NCBI GenBank assembly: GCA_020059915.1
Contig: JAGVBB010000007.1
Location: 2,873 to 66,872, forward strand
Length of the DNA stretch: 64,000 nt
Source of the DNA: Minisyncoccota bacterium
Lineage (GTDB): Bacteria; Patescibacteriota; Minisyncoccia; UBA6257; GWB1-50-10
Reading direction: 5' to 3'
The notes under the pieces are model-generated. The model had not been told where the DNA came from. It made no database searches and was given only the letters and a program-made list of their open reading frames with translations. Made by a program: the position numbers and the translations under genes. This document shows, piece after piece, positions 29,375 to 40,051 of the stretch; within the stretch, counting starts at the first letter, position 1; each line of letters opens with the position of its first letter.

Positions 29375-29674
29375 TTAGAAATCTCGACGATTAAAATCAC
29401 GGCGCTGAAAATCTCGACGAGGTGGACGCTGTTCACTCATTGGACGAGCTTCATTTACTTGAAGTGTTCTTCCTCCGAATTCCTTTTCGTTCCACATCTC
29501 AATCGCCTTCGGACCGTCTTCATCACCCATCTCGACGAATCCGAACCCACGAGAACGTCCCGTGAATTTATCGCGCATTACCGTTGCGTTGGTTACTGTT
29601 CCTGCCTTCTCGAAAGCTTCGCGAAGTTCAGCATCAGTGGTTGCATACGGCAATCCTCCTACATACAATCGCAT
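29375..29674 (-). CDS. RRM-type RNA-binding protein with RDF/RRD repeat tail
   Basis: RNP-2 LYVGGL and RNP-1 RGFGFVEM motifs; C-terminal RRDFQRRDFNRRDF. Confidence 0.85.
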   Translation of the reverse strand: MRLYVGGLPYATTDAELREAFEKAGTVTNATVMRDKFTGRSRGFGFVEMGDEDGPKAIEMWNEKEFGGRTLQVNEARPMSEQRPPRRDFQRRDFNRRDF

Positions 29675-30027
29675 TGTGTGTTTTTTTTAGATGCATAAAG
29701 CAGGGCGACCTACTCGCTTGAGCCCTTCGTGCGCGCCTACTTATACATGACCGACGCACTCATTGAAACACAATTGAGAAACCTACTTAAAGATAGATCT
29801 CTGGAATGTTTACTTTTCTGGCAAATGAGTCCCGTCCTTACAAGAGCAAGGAATTAACTCTTCACCATATTGTGAACAATCCTCTGTCTCACACACTCCT
29901 TCTTCGTTGCGGATTTCTCCACACTCGCCACTACATATGTAATGCATAAAGGGATGAAGTCAGTTGATCAACCTTTATTCAATTATACAATAAAGCATCA
30001 AAACTAGCAAATGGGATAAAATAATTG

Positions 30028-30231
30028 CTATTCCTCGCCATACTGGGTCTGAATCTCCTTAAGTTTGTTTTCCGTTTCCTTAAGACGCTCCTTGCATTTT
30101 GCAATAAGCACCAACCCACGTTCATATTTTTTTATTGCCTCATCAAGATCAATGGATTCTTTTTGAAACCACTCACCTATTTCTTCAATCTCTTTATATG
30201 CCTCTCCAAAATTAAATTTCTTTTCTGTCAT
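30028..30231 (-). CDS. xseB: exodeoxyribonuclease VII small subunit
   Basis: 67 aa helical hairpin FNFGEAYKEIEEI...LDEAIKKYERGLVLIAKCKERL. Confidence 0.85.
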   Translation of the reverse strand: MTEKKFNFGEAYKEIEEIGEWFQKESIDLDEAIKKYERGLVLIAKCKERLKETENKLKEIQTQYGEE

Positions 30232-31501
30232 GTATAACTCCCTGCTCTATGTTTATTACCGTTGTATCAATCGACCCTTTTGAAAACTGTGTATTAATTG
30301 TATCTCCTTTTTTTATATTTCCAACATCTTTTATTACCTTTCCAAGTCTATCACGGCTAATTGAATATCCTTGTTTTAATTTTAACCCAGGATTTGCCAA
30401 CAACAATGTTTTCCCAAAATTATTTATTTTTACCGTATGTGCATTGACAGTGTCTTTCATGCGCAACACAATAAGTGCTTTTTTATATTCAATCTGTTGT
30501 TTCATTCCTCCCATCTTCGCAGAGGCAATCGATAATGGATGAGAAATTCGATTTAAAAATAATTGAATACGTTCAGAAATTTTATTGGGAATATTCTTCT
30601 GAAAACGAATAAATGTATCTGTTATTTGTCTTATATGGCCATCCATTTGTGCTTGTAAAAATTTTCGCGTGCGAACAACTTGCTCATCTGCTCGCGCCCA
30701 TGGTTCTGATAACATTCGAGCCGCGTGTGTTGGTGTTGATGCTCGAATATCCGCAACATAGTCTACAAGAGTAACATCATCCTCGTGTCCAATTGCAGAA
30801 ATGACAGGAATTTTTGAGGCAGCGACCGCTTTTACCAACTCTTCAGAATTAAACGCTTGTAAACTCTCCCAACTCCCTCCACCGCGCGTTATTACTATCA
30901 CCTGAAGCATTGGGTATTCTTTATTGAGATATTCAATTCCAGAAACCAACTCCTTCACTGCAAACACCCCCTCAACTTTTGAAGGAAAAAAAACAATCTT
31001 AAAACCAAACGAACCTAGGTTTATTTCAAAATCCTTTTTCGCTCCCCTTCCAACCTTTGAGGTGATAAGTCCAATAGCACTTACAAACCGTGGAATCTTC
31101 TTTTTTCTTTCTATATCAAAATAACCCTCTTCAGAAAGTTTCTTTCTTAATAATTCAAACTGCTTCTTAAGTGCCCCCTCTCCAACAGGAATTATACGTG
31201 ACACCTGTATATTTAAACCTCCATTCTTTTTAAACACTGATGCACGTCCTTCCACACGAATTTCCATACCAGGAGCAAGTTCGCCTCCCAACGTACGCAG
31301 TGCGGACACGGTGGCAAAACATTGGATTGATGATTTATCTTTTGTATCAATGAGATTAAAAAAAGAAAAATTTGGATATTTACTTATTTTCTCTCCAACC
31401 TCCCCCTGCACAACACACTCTGTTGGTTTTAAATATTCATTTAAGAACTCTATATATTCAGAAACAGAAAATATCTTATCAATGTTTTTTGCGTACTCCA
31501 T
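30212..31501 (-). CDS. xseA: exodeoxyribonuclease VII large subunit
   Basis: OB-fold N-terminus, catalytic region VIVITRGGGSWESLQAFNSEELV, coiled-coil C-terminus; overlaps xseB by 20 nt. Confidence 0.9.
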   Translation of the reverse strand: MEYAKNIDKIFSVSEYIEFLNEYLKPTECVVQGEVGEKISKYPNFSFFNLIDTKDKSSIQCFATVSALRTLGGELAPGMEIRVEGRASVFKKNGGLNIQVSRIIPVGEGALKKQFELLRKKLSEEGYFDIERKKKIPRFVSAIGLITSKVGRGAKKDFEINLGSFGFKIVFFPSKVEGVFAVKELVSGIEYLNKEYPMLQVIVITRGGGSWESLQAFNSEELVKAVAASKIPVISAIGHEDDVTLVDYVADIRASTPTHAARMLSEPWARADEQVVRTRKFLQAQMDGHIRQITDTFIRFQKNIPNKISERIQLFLNRISHPLSIASAKMGGMKQQIEYKKALIVLRMKDTVNAHTVKINNFGKTLLLANPGLKLKQGYSISRDRLGKVIKDVGNIKKGDTINTQFSKGSIDTTVINIEQGVIHDRKEI

Positions 31502-31513
31502 AAATAAATTAGA

Positions 31514-32692
31514 TTAAATCTTTTTCTCTGCCGCAAAGGAAAACAAAATAGTCAAAAATCCAGCAATTGCAAAGCAAATGGGGAAAAAGAATTCCAAAGG
31601 AATAAATAGAGAAAGAACCATAAGAACAGGTAAGAAAAATATGCGTACAACCTGGTATAAAATCTCCCTACTTAATACAAACATAATAGGACTCTCTGAA
31701 TCGCGCGCACGCGAATAATATTCTGATGCCCACGCAACCATAAGCCCAGAGTTCACAATGTTCCCCACTATATGACTCCCAGAAATAAGATTTACTCCTC
31801 GTAAAAACACCCTACTAAACCATACGAGAGAAAATATACTAGACAAAGAAATAAGTGTCCCCCGTGCTCTTCCTTTATCAAAAAATGATCCAACAATATA
31901 TGTTCCCAATGCCCCCAAAAGCATACCAAGCGAAACAATTCCTCCTAATTCTTCAAAACTTTGCAACGCCAGAAACATAAATATCGGCCAAAGAACTCTT
32001 CCCACCATGAGTTCGGACGCAACCCCCATAGACGCAATATTGAATGCCCGATACTTCTCTTCAAAAAACAAGAATAATCCCCGTATATGTATTTGGTTTC
32101 CAACTTCACGACGAGGAACAAAAAAGAGTGGGATGACAGAAATAAAAAATATTGCAATCGCGACGAAAAAAGAAATATGAAAACCGAAAATAGCAATAAT
32201 AAAACCACCAAACAACGGCGCAAGAAATTGAGATAGTGCACCAGTAAGATATCGCATCCCAACCTCATGTCCTTCTCTTCCCTTTCTTATTGCATAAGTA
32301 AAATCAACTGTATATCCCACATTCAAAAAAAGCATATTGAGAGCGAGAAGAGCTGGGGCAATCCAAAAAAGATAATTGTGCGCATCAATGCTGTTTAATA
32401 ACAAAAAATACACAATAAGAAATGGCACACTGAGCGCTATCATGAATTTATCACTCATCCGCTTTATTACAGGAATTAGTAGACCTGCAAATATAAGGAA
32501 ATATACAGAATTAAGTAGATAAAAACCGAGAATTTTCCAAATAGGAAATCCAAGCTTCCAAAAATAAATAGGAACAAAGATATTTACCAATCCTTCTCCA
32601 AAATAAATAATCGCGAGCATAATTGAAAGCGCGCCAAGCTCGCGCGTATCAAATAATCTCAGATGAAAATGATGATTCCAATCAAGTCGCAT
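31514..32692 (-). CDS. MFS-type polytopic membrane transporter
   Basis: about 12 TM helices, MFS-like loop GREGHEVGMRYLTGALSQF. Confidence 0.55.
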   Translation of the reverse strand: MRLDWNHHFHLRLFDTRELGALSIMLAIIYFGEGLVNIFVPIYFWKLGFPIWKILGFYLLNSVYFLIFAGLLIPVIKRMSDKFMIALSVPFLIVYFLLLNSIDAHNYLFWIAPALLALNMLFLNVGYTVDFTYAIRKGREGHEVGMRYLTGALSQFLAPLFGGFIIAIFGFHISFFVAIAIFFISVIPLFFVPRREVGNQIHIRGLFLFFEEKYRAFNIASMGVASELMVGRVLWPIFMFLALQSFEELGGIVSLGMLLGALGTYIVGSFFDKGRARGTLISLSSIFSLVWFSRVFLRGVNLISGSHIVGNIVNSGLMVAWASEYYSRARDSESPIMFVLSREILYQVVRIFFLPVLMVLSLFIPLEFFFPICFAIAGFLTILFSFAAEKKI

Positions 32693-32756
32693 TACTATGG
32701 TTTAGTATATCTTATAACTATGTATTACGCATTAAAACATACTATATAATGAATAT

Positions 32757-33728
32757 ATGAGGCGAGCGTCACAAACAGTACTGTATACTTCGTTATTTTT
32801 TATTTGTTTTGGCTATTTTACATATGCTGCAACAAACATCAGTGGAACCCCAAATGAATATCTTGCCTGGGATGACTCTTCGGGTTGGTGGGATCTATAT
32901 ATAAATAATACCGTTGAGGTGCAGGGTTCAAAGATGGTTGGATATGCATCGTCAACGATTGGCGAGATATCTTTTGATTGTGGAACATCTCCAAGTGGAA
33001 ACATATGTCACATCTCACAATATGGCATTTGTAATGGAATAGGATCAACAAAAGATGCAAGCGGAGGTTGTAATGATGCAACCGCAACGGGAGATCTTGT
33101 TGGTTATGCGTGGAATGATGTACTTGGATGGATAAGTTTTAGTTGTCACAACACAGAAGGTGTGGGGACATGCACGAACGACTGGGGAGTAAAAATAAAT
33201 AAAACTAATGGAGATTTTGAGGGGTATGCATGGAGTGATATTGGTGGATGGATAAGTTTTAACTGTGCAAACTCTGGATCATCATGCACGCCATACACGT
33301 ACAAAGTTAATACATCATGGAGATCAACATCAACGATAGCACTTCTTGACTCTGCGGTTATTGATACGCAATCCGTTGGTGGGGCAACATTAAACAGTAT
33401 CACATGGAACGGAACGAGTAATGCGAATGGAACAGGGCAACAAACCTATGTTGATTTCCAAATCGCGGTTTCCAATAGTTCTAGTGGGCCGTGGGATTTT
33501 ATTGGTCCATCCGGAACCGGCGCCGACTATTATAGTGCTTCCTGTGAAGCAAGTTTTAAGGGTGGAGTAAACGCGGGAGGGAATGCTCCAAAAGACACAC
33601 CAATCTGTATAGATCCAGCACAAGTAAAAAATATGAGGTATATTCGATATCGTGTACGTCTCCGTAGTAATTTGCTCCAAACCGACACGCCAAGAATAGA
33701 TGATATCATCTTGAATTGGAGTAAATAA
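32757..33728 (+). CDS. secreted protein with three Trp-rich repeats (GYAWxD/NxxGWISFxC) and many Cys
   Basis: signal peptide MRRASQTVLYTSLFFICFGYFTYAA; repeats GYASSTIGEISFDC, GYAWNDVLGWISFSC, GYAWSDIGGWISFNC; GC content visibly higher than flanks. Confidence 0.7.
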   Translation: MRRASQTVLYTSLFFICFGYFTYAATNISGTPNEYLAWDDSSGWWDLYINNTVEVQGSKMVGYASSTIGEISFDCGTSPSGNICHISQYGICNGIGSTKDASGGCNDATATGDLVGYAWNDVLGWISFSCHNTEGVGTCTNDWGVKINKTNGDFEGYAWSDIGGWISFNCANSGSSCTPYTYKVNTSWRSTSTIALLDSAVIDTQSVGGATLNSITWNGTSNANGTGQQTYVDFQIAVSNSSSGPWDFIGPSGTGADYYSASCEASFKGGVNAGGNAPKDTPICIDPAQVKNMRYIRYRVRLRSNLLQTDTPRIDDIILNWSK

Positions 33729-33787
33729 ATAATTCTCCATTGGTTGTAAATTATTGCTCAGTCACTATATAATTCATCTAGGAACTG

Positions 33788-35227
33788 ATGAAATTATTTA
33801 ATACACTATCTGGACAAAAGGAGCTGGTAGAAACAACAAAAGGAAAGCCGTTACAATTTTTTGTTTGTGGACCAACCGTCTTTGATTACTCACATATCGG
33901 ACATGCTCGTACGTATATAGCATTTGATATTTTTGTGCGCTATATGCGATCAAAAAAGCAAAAAATAGTATATTTACAAAACATAACTGATGTAGATGAC
34001 AAAATCATAGATAGAGCAAAACTCTTCAATGAACATCCTCTTCATTATGCACATAAATTTGAAACATTTTATAAAAAGGATATGGAATCCATCGGTTGCA
34101 CTTCGGTCACGCGATATGCACGAGCAACAGACCATATAAAAGAAATAATCAAACAAATTCAAACACTTATTCTTAAGGGGAATGCTTATTTTGTAGAAGA
34201 TGAGGGATATTATTTTGATATAACCTCATTCCCCGACTACGGGAAACTATCTCGGAGAACTGCACTTCAAGCGGAAGACGCCGTCACAAGAATAGATGAG
34301 CAAATTAAAAAAAAGAATAAGGGTGACTTTGCATTGTGGAAATATGTTTCTATTCCAAAACATGAACATAAGAAAAAATTTACAATTATAGACGGGGAGC
34401 CGGCGTGGAATACTCCCCTTGGTTGGGGTCGTCCAGGATGGCACATAGAAGACACAGCAATTACAGAGCGATGGTTTGGACCACAATACGATATCCATGG
34501 TGGAGGTGGAGACTTAAAATTTCCCCATCATGAGGCAGAAATAGCACAGCAAGAATCTGCATCTGGAAAAGTGCCATTTGTAAAAATATGGCTTCACACA
34601 GGATCACTCAGAATTAATGGAGAAAAAATGTCAAAAAGTTTAAAAAACTTTCTTACTATTCGTGACTTCCTTTCACAATACTCAAAAAATGTTTTACGAA
34701 TCATTATCGCAATGTACCATTATAGAACTCCCGTACAGTGGTCAGATACATTAGTAGAACAGGCGGTTCAAACAATTGATTCATTTTTGGGAACTTATGA
34801 TGCACTATCATTTTCAGAATCCGCACATATAAAACAAACTCAAAACATCAAAAAACAATGGGAAGAAATTGAAAAGACATTCAAAGAAAAATTTGAAACG
34901 GCGATGGATGACGATTTAAATACTCCCGAAGCTATTGCTGCGCTTTTCGAATACACCACAATGATTAAAACAATTGTTTGGAAAATCTCAAAATCATCTT
35001 CAAAAAAATCAAAACAGACACTTGCTAAAGCGCTTGAAATATTGGGAATTGATGTCCAAAAATACAAAATACCTCAAATAATAAACAAATTAGTAAAACA
35101 ACGTGAGTTATACAGAGGTAATAAACAGTTTACCCACGCTGACGCCTTGAGAAATCAAATAGATGAGTTAGGATACACCATAGAGGACACACCTATCGGT
35201 CCCTTCGTAAGAAAGAAAGTATCCTAA
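33788..35227 (+). CDS. cysS: cysteine--tRNA ligase
   Basis: HIGH (HIGHARTY) and KMSKS motifs, zinc-binding Cys, anticodon-binding C-terminus. Confidence 0.95.
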   Translation: MKLFNTLSGQKELVETTKGKPLQFFVCGPTVFDYSHIGHARTYIAFDIFVRYMRSKKQKIVYLQNITDVDDKIIDRAKLFNEHPLHYAHKFETFYKKDMESIGCTSVTRYARATDHIKEIIKQIQTLILKGNAYFVEDEGYYFDITSFPDYGKLSRRTALQAEDAVTRIDEQIKKKNKGDFALWKYVSIPKHEHKKKFTIIDGEPAWNTPLGWGRPGWHIEDTAITERWFGPQYDIHGGGGDLKFPHHEAEIAQQESASGKVPFVKIWLHTGSLRINGEKMSKSLKNFLTIRDFLSQYSKNVLRIIIAMYHYRTPVQWSDTLVEQAVQTIDSFLGTYDALSFSESAHIKQTQNIKKQWEEIEKTFKEKFETAMDDDLNTPEAIAALFEYTTMIKTIVWKISKSSSKKSKQTLAKALEILGIDVQKYKIPQIINKLVKQRELYRGNKQFTHADALRNQIDELGYTIEDTPIGPFVRKKVS

Positions 35228-35232
35228 TCTAT

Positions 35233-36594
35233 ATGGCAAAAATACAAAAATCTCCAGTTTCTCGAATACCACCACAAGACCTCGATGCAGAAGTATCAGT
35301 ACTCGGCGCTCTTATGATTGATAAAGATGCCATATTGAAAATTGCTGACCAAATACAATCTTCCGACTTTTATCACCCAGCACATCAAAAAATATATGAA
35401 GTAATTCTTGAATTATTTGAAAATAGTGAACCAATAGATATACTTACTGTTTCTCATAGATTAAAAAATAAGAAAATATTTAAAGATATTGGAGGAACCG
35501 ACTATCTTACTGAGTTGGTATCGCGCGTTCCCTCTTCTGCTCATATAGCAAACTATGCTCAGATAGTAAGAGAAAAACACGTACGCAGACAAATTATAGA
35601 TGCCTCTTCAACTATCAATGAAGACGCATTTGACCATCCTGATTTCGAAGCACTTCTTGATAAAGTTGAACAACGCATTTTTGGAATCTCACAAAAATCT
35701 AGACCACAAAAATTTATTCATATAAAAGATGAGCTTTCGACAGCGTTTGAACGTCTTGAAAAATTACACCGTGGCGGACAAAGTGCAGTACGTGGTGTCC
35801 CCACACATTTTATTGATCTTGATAAAATGCTCTCAGGTTTTCAACCCTCGGATCTCATTATCCTTGGCGCTCGTCCATCAGTTGGAAAAACATCATTTGC
35901 ACTTGATGTAGCAAGACAGGTGGCGCTTGGTGGACGCTCGGTTGGTATTTTTTCTATAGAAATGTCACGAGATCAAATTGTGGATCGCATCATTGCGGGA
36001 CAAGCACAGGTTCCTCTTTGGCGACTCAGAACAGGTAGATTGAATGACGATCTCGAATTTGCATTGGTACAACAAGCACTTGATGAACTTTCTAAAACAA
36101 ACATTCACATTATTGACACTCCATCACCAACAGTACTTGAAATGCGTTCTGCTGCACGCCGACTTCAGATGGAACATGGACTTGATTTAATTGTCATTGA
36201 TTATCTCCAACTTATTCGTTCTCGAACAAATAGCGACAACATGGTCCAACAAGTAACAGAGATTTCTCGTTCCGTTAAGGCATTAGCGCGTGAATTAAAC
36301 GTTCCCGTTCTCGCCCTATCTCAGCTTTCTCGTGAAGTTGATAAACGCGACGTCAAAATACCGCGCCTTTCCGATCTCAGAGAATCTGGAAGCTTGGAAC
36401 AAGATGCTGATGTTGTATTATTTCTTTATAAAAAAGAGCGAGAGCGTAGTGACATTCCCGATGAATCACAGAGTACTGTCGAAGTTATTATTGCAAAACA
36501 CAGAAATGGCCCTGTAGGAAGTGTGACACTTGGATGGGATGCGGAAAAAGTGAGTTTTAAAAATATTGATAAGACACATATATATCACGAATAA
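35233..36594 (+). CDS. dnaB: replicative DNA helicase DnaB (no intein)
   Basis: N-terminal DnaB domain, Walker A GARPSVGKTSFAL, Walker B LIVIDYLQLI, RecA-like core; 453 aa. Confidence 0.95.
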   Translation: MAKIQKSPVSRIPPQDLDAEVSVLGALMIDKDAILKIADQIQSSDFYHPAHQKIYEVILELFENSEPIDILTVSHRLKNKKIFKDIGGTDYLTELVSRVPSSAHIANYAQIVREKHVRRQIIDASSTINEDAFDHPDFEALLDKVEQRIFGISQKSRPQKFIHIKDELSTAFERLEKLHRGGQSAVRGVPTHFIDLDKMLSGFQPSDLIILGARPSVGKTSFALDVARQVALGGRSVGIFSIEMSRDQIVDRIIAGQAQVPLWRLRTGRLNDDLEFALVQQALDELSKTNIHIIDTPSPTVLEMRSAARRLQMEHGLDLIVIDYLQLIRSRTNSDNMVQQVTEISRSVKALARELNVPVLALSQLSREVDKRDVKIPRLSDLRESGSLEQDADVVLFLYKKERERSDIPDESQSTVEVIIAKHRNGPVGSVTLGWDAEKVSFKNIDKTHIYHE

Positions 36595-37190
36595 TGCTTT
36601 CTCCCATACAAAGATTTATTGATGTTTTTTCTCGTCTCCCATCGCTCGGACCACGCCTTGCGACACGGCTTGCTTTTTATATAGTTAACCAAGAAAAATC
36701 AAAACGAGAAGAATTAATTTCGGCACTTTCTCTTTTAAATAATATCACCCGCTGTGAACGATGTTATTTTCTTAAGATGGACACTGCAAAAGTTTGTGAT
36801 ATCTGTGGTGCAAATAATAGAAACCCAAAAAAAATAGCAATTGTTGAAAAAGAAACGGATATACTCTCCATTGAAAAATCTGGATCGTGGGACGGACACT
36901 ATCTAGTATTTGGACAACTTCCTGAACATGGAGTATTAGAAACAGAACATAAACTTCGTCTTTCAAAATTAAAACTAAGGATAACTCATGAACTCCAAGG
37001 ATCAGTTGATGAACTCATGATTGCCCTCAATCCAACTACCTTTGGAGATTTTGTTGCATCAGTTATTAGTGAAGAATTTAAGCATGTTGCAAAAAAAATC
37101 ACGAAAATCGGAAGGGGTATTCCAACGGGGGGAGAAATTGAATTTGCAGACGAAGAAACACTAAAAAGTGCCTTCAATCGACGCATATAA
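36594..37190 (+). CDS. recR: recombination protein RecR
   Basis: HhH N-terminus LPSLGPRLATRLAFYI, C4 zinc finger CERCYFL...CDICG, Toprim domain; start overlaps dnaB stop. Confidence 0.92.
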   Translation: MLSPIQRFIDVFSRLPSLGPRLATRLAFYIVNQEKSKREELISALSLLNNITRCERCYFLKMDTAKVCDICGANNRNPKKIAIVEKETDILSIEKSGSWDGHYLVFGQLPEHGVLETEHKLRLSKLKLRITHELQGSVDELMIALNPTTFGDFVASVISEEFKHVAKKITKIGRGIPTGGEIEFADEETLKSAFNRRI

Positions 37191-37230
37191 ATTGATTTAG
37201 AAACTATTCAAGTTTTTTCAAAAAACTTGT

Positions 37231-38133
37231 TTATTTTTTTTCGATTCGTTTTATGTATTTCGAAAATATTTCTGTTGCAGCACCCCTCTTGTGTACTGAT
37301 TGATATATTGCAATGAATAGTGGAAATTTGGACATAGAAACTCCCAGTAATTTTTTCATTGGTTCAAGTGAAACCAATCCTTCGCTTTTTGGAAACTGTT
37401 TTTTCTGTGAAATAATCAATTTTCCCACCTCAACATTTTTTGAATATTCACTAAATCCAGTTGCTATTAAATCAATAAATCCCGATGGTCCATACATAAC
37501 CTCTTTCTTTATTCCAAGAATTTTTGATATTTCCCCCATCTCAAATAGTGCTTCCCGAGCAAGGAGTGCTCTTCCATTTCCACCCCATCCCATCCCCCCC
37601 GCCATACCAAGGCCAAGTGAATAAATATTTTTCAAAACACTTGCAAATGAACTCGATTCTGGATCCTTTGAATCAAAACAGACAATAGATGTCTTTTTAA
37701 AACAATTCTTAACTAAATTACAGTTTGATGGGTTTTTCCCGGCAATTACCGCAATACCAGGCATTCCTTTTTCAATTTCCTCGGCAAGCATAGCGCCACC
37801 CAAAGCAATAACATCATTATGTGGAAACGCAGTAGAAATAAGCGAATATGGGATTTCTTTTGTTTGTTGTAGTCCCTTGGAAAGAAGTACAAAAACCGTC
37901 TGTTTGTGAACAAACGGACCAATAGACTTAATGACGTCATTCAAATACCACGAAGGGATGCACAAAAAAAGGAGGTCGGCTTTGGGAATAATTTCAAATA
38001 AGGATTTTTGATGTGGAACCTTCTGGGGCACCTTGTCCCACGCCTCAATAGGATATTTCTGCTTTCTAAACAGAGGAAATAACACTGAACCAATCTCACC
38101 CATTCCAAGGATGACAATATTGGGTTTCTTCAT
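37231..38133 (-). CDS. gpsA: NAD(P)H-dependent glycerol-3-phosphate dehydrogenase
   Basis: Rossmann N-terminus IVILGMGEIGSVL, GpsA C-terminal substrate-binding domain. Confidence 0.8.
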   Translation of the reverse strand: MKKPNIVILGMGEIGSVLFPLFRKQKYPIEAWDKVPQKVPHQKSLFEIIPKADLLFLCIPSWYLNDVIKSIGPFVHKQTVFVLLSKGLQQTKEIPYSLISTAFPHNDVIALGGAMLAEEIEKGMPGIAVIAGKNPSNCNLVKNCFKKTSIVCFDSKDPESSSFASVLKNIYSLGLGMAGGMGWGGNGRALLAREALFEMGEISKILGIKKEVMYGPSGFIDLIATGFSEYSKNVEVGKLIISQKKQFPKSEGLVSLEPMKKLLGVSMSKFPLFIAIYQSVHKRGAATEIFSKYIKRIEKK

Positions 38134-38140
38134 TGGTTAA

Positions 38141-38791
38141 TTATAGCCCAATTTTCGAAAGTGGGCACTGTTTGTGATTATGTCTTCTGGCCGGACAATA
38201 TTCACGACCATACGATATCATTCTGTAAGACAGGTTTTTCCACAACCTTTTTGGAATGAGTGAGCAAAGATCTTTTTCAACCCCGTCTGCGGTTTTTGCA
38301 TTTGATAAACCAAATACATGAGCAAGACGAAACACATGCGTATCAACAGGAATTCCTTCAATAATTCCAAATGCAGATTCTAATATGATGTTTGCCGTTT
38401 TTCTTCCAACACCCGGAAGCAATAAAAGCTCCTGCATGCTACGAGGGACTTCTCCATTATGATGTTCATGGATGATCTTTGCTGTTTGTAAAATATGTTT
38501 TGTTTTTGCCTTGAAGAAACCAGTTTGAAATATATCCATTTCAAACTTTCTTATACCACTTTTTGATTCTCCTGCTTTTACATAATCACCAATATTTTTA
38601 TATTTTTTAAAAAGACACGCAGTTACCTCATTAACCTTCTTGTCGGTGCACTGTGCGGAAAGCATAACAGCAACAAGTAATTCAAATTGATTCGAGTGAT
38701 GTAAAAAAACATGCGCGCGTGGGTACATGCGGGTAAGTGAACGAACAATATATATTGCCTTCTTTTCTAACTTCTTTCTTTTAGTACCCAT
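38141..38791 (-). CDS. nth: endonuclease III
   Basis: HhH-GPD LLLPGVGRKTANIIL, catalytic Lys region, 4Fe-4S cluster CPARRHNHKQCPL. Confidence 0.9.
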   Translation of the reverse strand: MGTKRKKLEKKAIYIVRSLTRMYPRAHVFLHHSNQFELLVAVMLSAQCTDKKVNEVTACLFKKYKNIGDYVKAGESKSGIRKFEMDIFQTGFFKAKTKHILQTAKIIHEHHNGEVPRSMQELLLLPGVGRKTANIILESAFGIIEGIPVDTHVFRLAHVFGLSNAKTADGVEKDLCSLIPKRLWKNLSYRMISYGREYCPARRHNHKQCPLSKIGL

Positions 38792-38803
38792 GGAAACAGG
38801 ATA

Positions 38804-40048
38804 CTATTCATACCGCAGTGCATCAATAGGATTTTTCTTTGCTGCTTGGCGCGCTGGATAGAGACCGAAGAGAACACCAGTGAATGTTGAAACAACAACC
38901 GCTGAAATAATTGCCTGAGCTGGTAATGCAAATACCCAATCTGTTTTTATAATATTCACAAGAACAAGATATACCACACCAACAAGAAACGCTCCAAATA
39001 AAATTCCGATAAAACCACCAAAAAAAGTAAGTAAAACAGACTCCCACAAAAATTGTTGTAGTATATCGCTATTTGTTGCCCCCACTGCTTTTCGTAGCCC
39101 AATTTCTCTTGTCCTTTCAATAACTGAAACGAGCATGATATTCATAATTCCAATTCCCCCAACAACTAAAGAAATACAGGCAATTGATGTCAAAAAGATA
39201 GTAAGAATTGAAGTTATACTTCCTAAGAGAGAAAGAATGTCCTCCTGAGTTCGAATAGTAAAATCGTCTTTATTCGGATCGGTAATTCTATGCGATGCTC
39301 GCATAATCGAAAATACACGTGATTTTGTGTATTCAGAAGCATATGAGTCACTTACCTGAACAGATATCGCATTATAATAATCAATTCCCAACATCTGTTT
39401 TTGCGCAATAGAAATAGGCACAAGAATGATATTGTCCTGATCAACGCCAAACGCGCCAACTCCCTTTTGCTCAAGAATTCCAGATACCTTGAAAGAAATG
39501 TCATTAAGACGAAAACTCTTTCCTACTGGATTAAAGTCCCCAAATAATGTCTTTGCAATTTCCGGACCGATAACCGCAACTCTATTAAATGAATTTACAT
39601 CAGAGTCGTTAAAGTTCTGCCCCTTTTCAACAACAAAATTTCTCGTCGCAAAAAAATTTTCCGTTACACCAATATAGGTAATATTGGTATCATTGTTTCC
39701 AAATACTGCCTTTGCCTGACCTCGAACCTCTGGCGCAGCATTAACAATTGCTGGATCTCGTTGTAGGGCGTCTACATCCGAACCTGTTAATGTTTTTATA
39801 ATAATCCCCTGGGAAGAAGCGGGAGCCGAAAAGCGAGAACCCTTGCTTGCTCCAGGAATAACAAAAACAAGATTTGAGCCAACTCCTTGCACCTGTCCAA
39901 TAATTAATTTTTCAGCAGAAGCTCCAATGGACATGAGTAATATAACAGAAGAAATTCCAATAACAATTCCCAACATAGTGAGAAACGTTCTCATTTTTGA
40001 ATGTGTTAAATTATTCGATGAAGTTTTTAGTGAATCATATAATCTCAT
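38804..40048 (-). CDS. ABC transporter permease, MacB/FtsX family
   Basis: N-terminal TM, large extracytoplasmic domain, C-terminal FtsX 3-TM bundle. Confidence 0.85.
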   Translation of the reverse strand: MRLYDSLKTSSNNLTHSKMRTFLTMLGIVIGISSVILLMSIGASAEKLIIGQVQGVGSNLVFVIPGASKGSRFSAPASSQGIIIKTLTGSDVDALQRDPAIVNAAPEVRGQAKAVFGNNDTNITYIGVTENFFATRNFVVEKGQNFNDSDVNSFNRVAVIGPEIAKTLFGDFNPVGKSFRLNDISFKVSGILEQKGVGAFGVDQDNIILVPISIAQKQMLGIDYYNAISVQVSDSYASEYTKSRVFSIMRASHRITDPNKDDFTIRTQEDILSLLGSITSILTIFLTSIACISLVVGGIGIMNIMLVSVIERTREIGLRKAVGATNSDILQQFLWESVLLTFFGGFIGILFGAFLVGVVYLVLVNIIKTDWVFALPAQAIISAVVVSTFTGVLFGLYPARQAAKKNPIDALRYE

Positions 40049-40051
40049 AAT

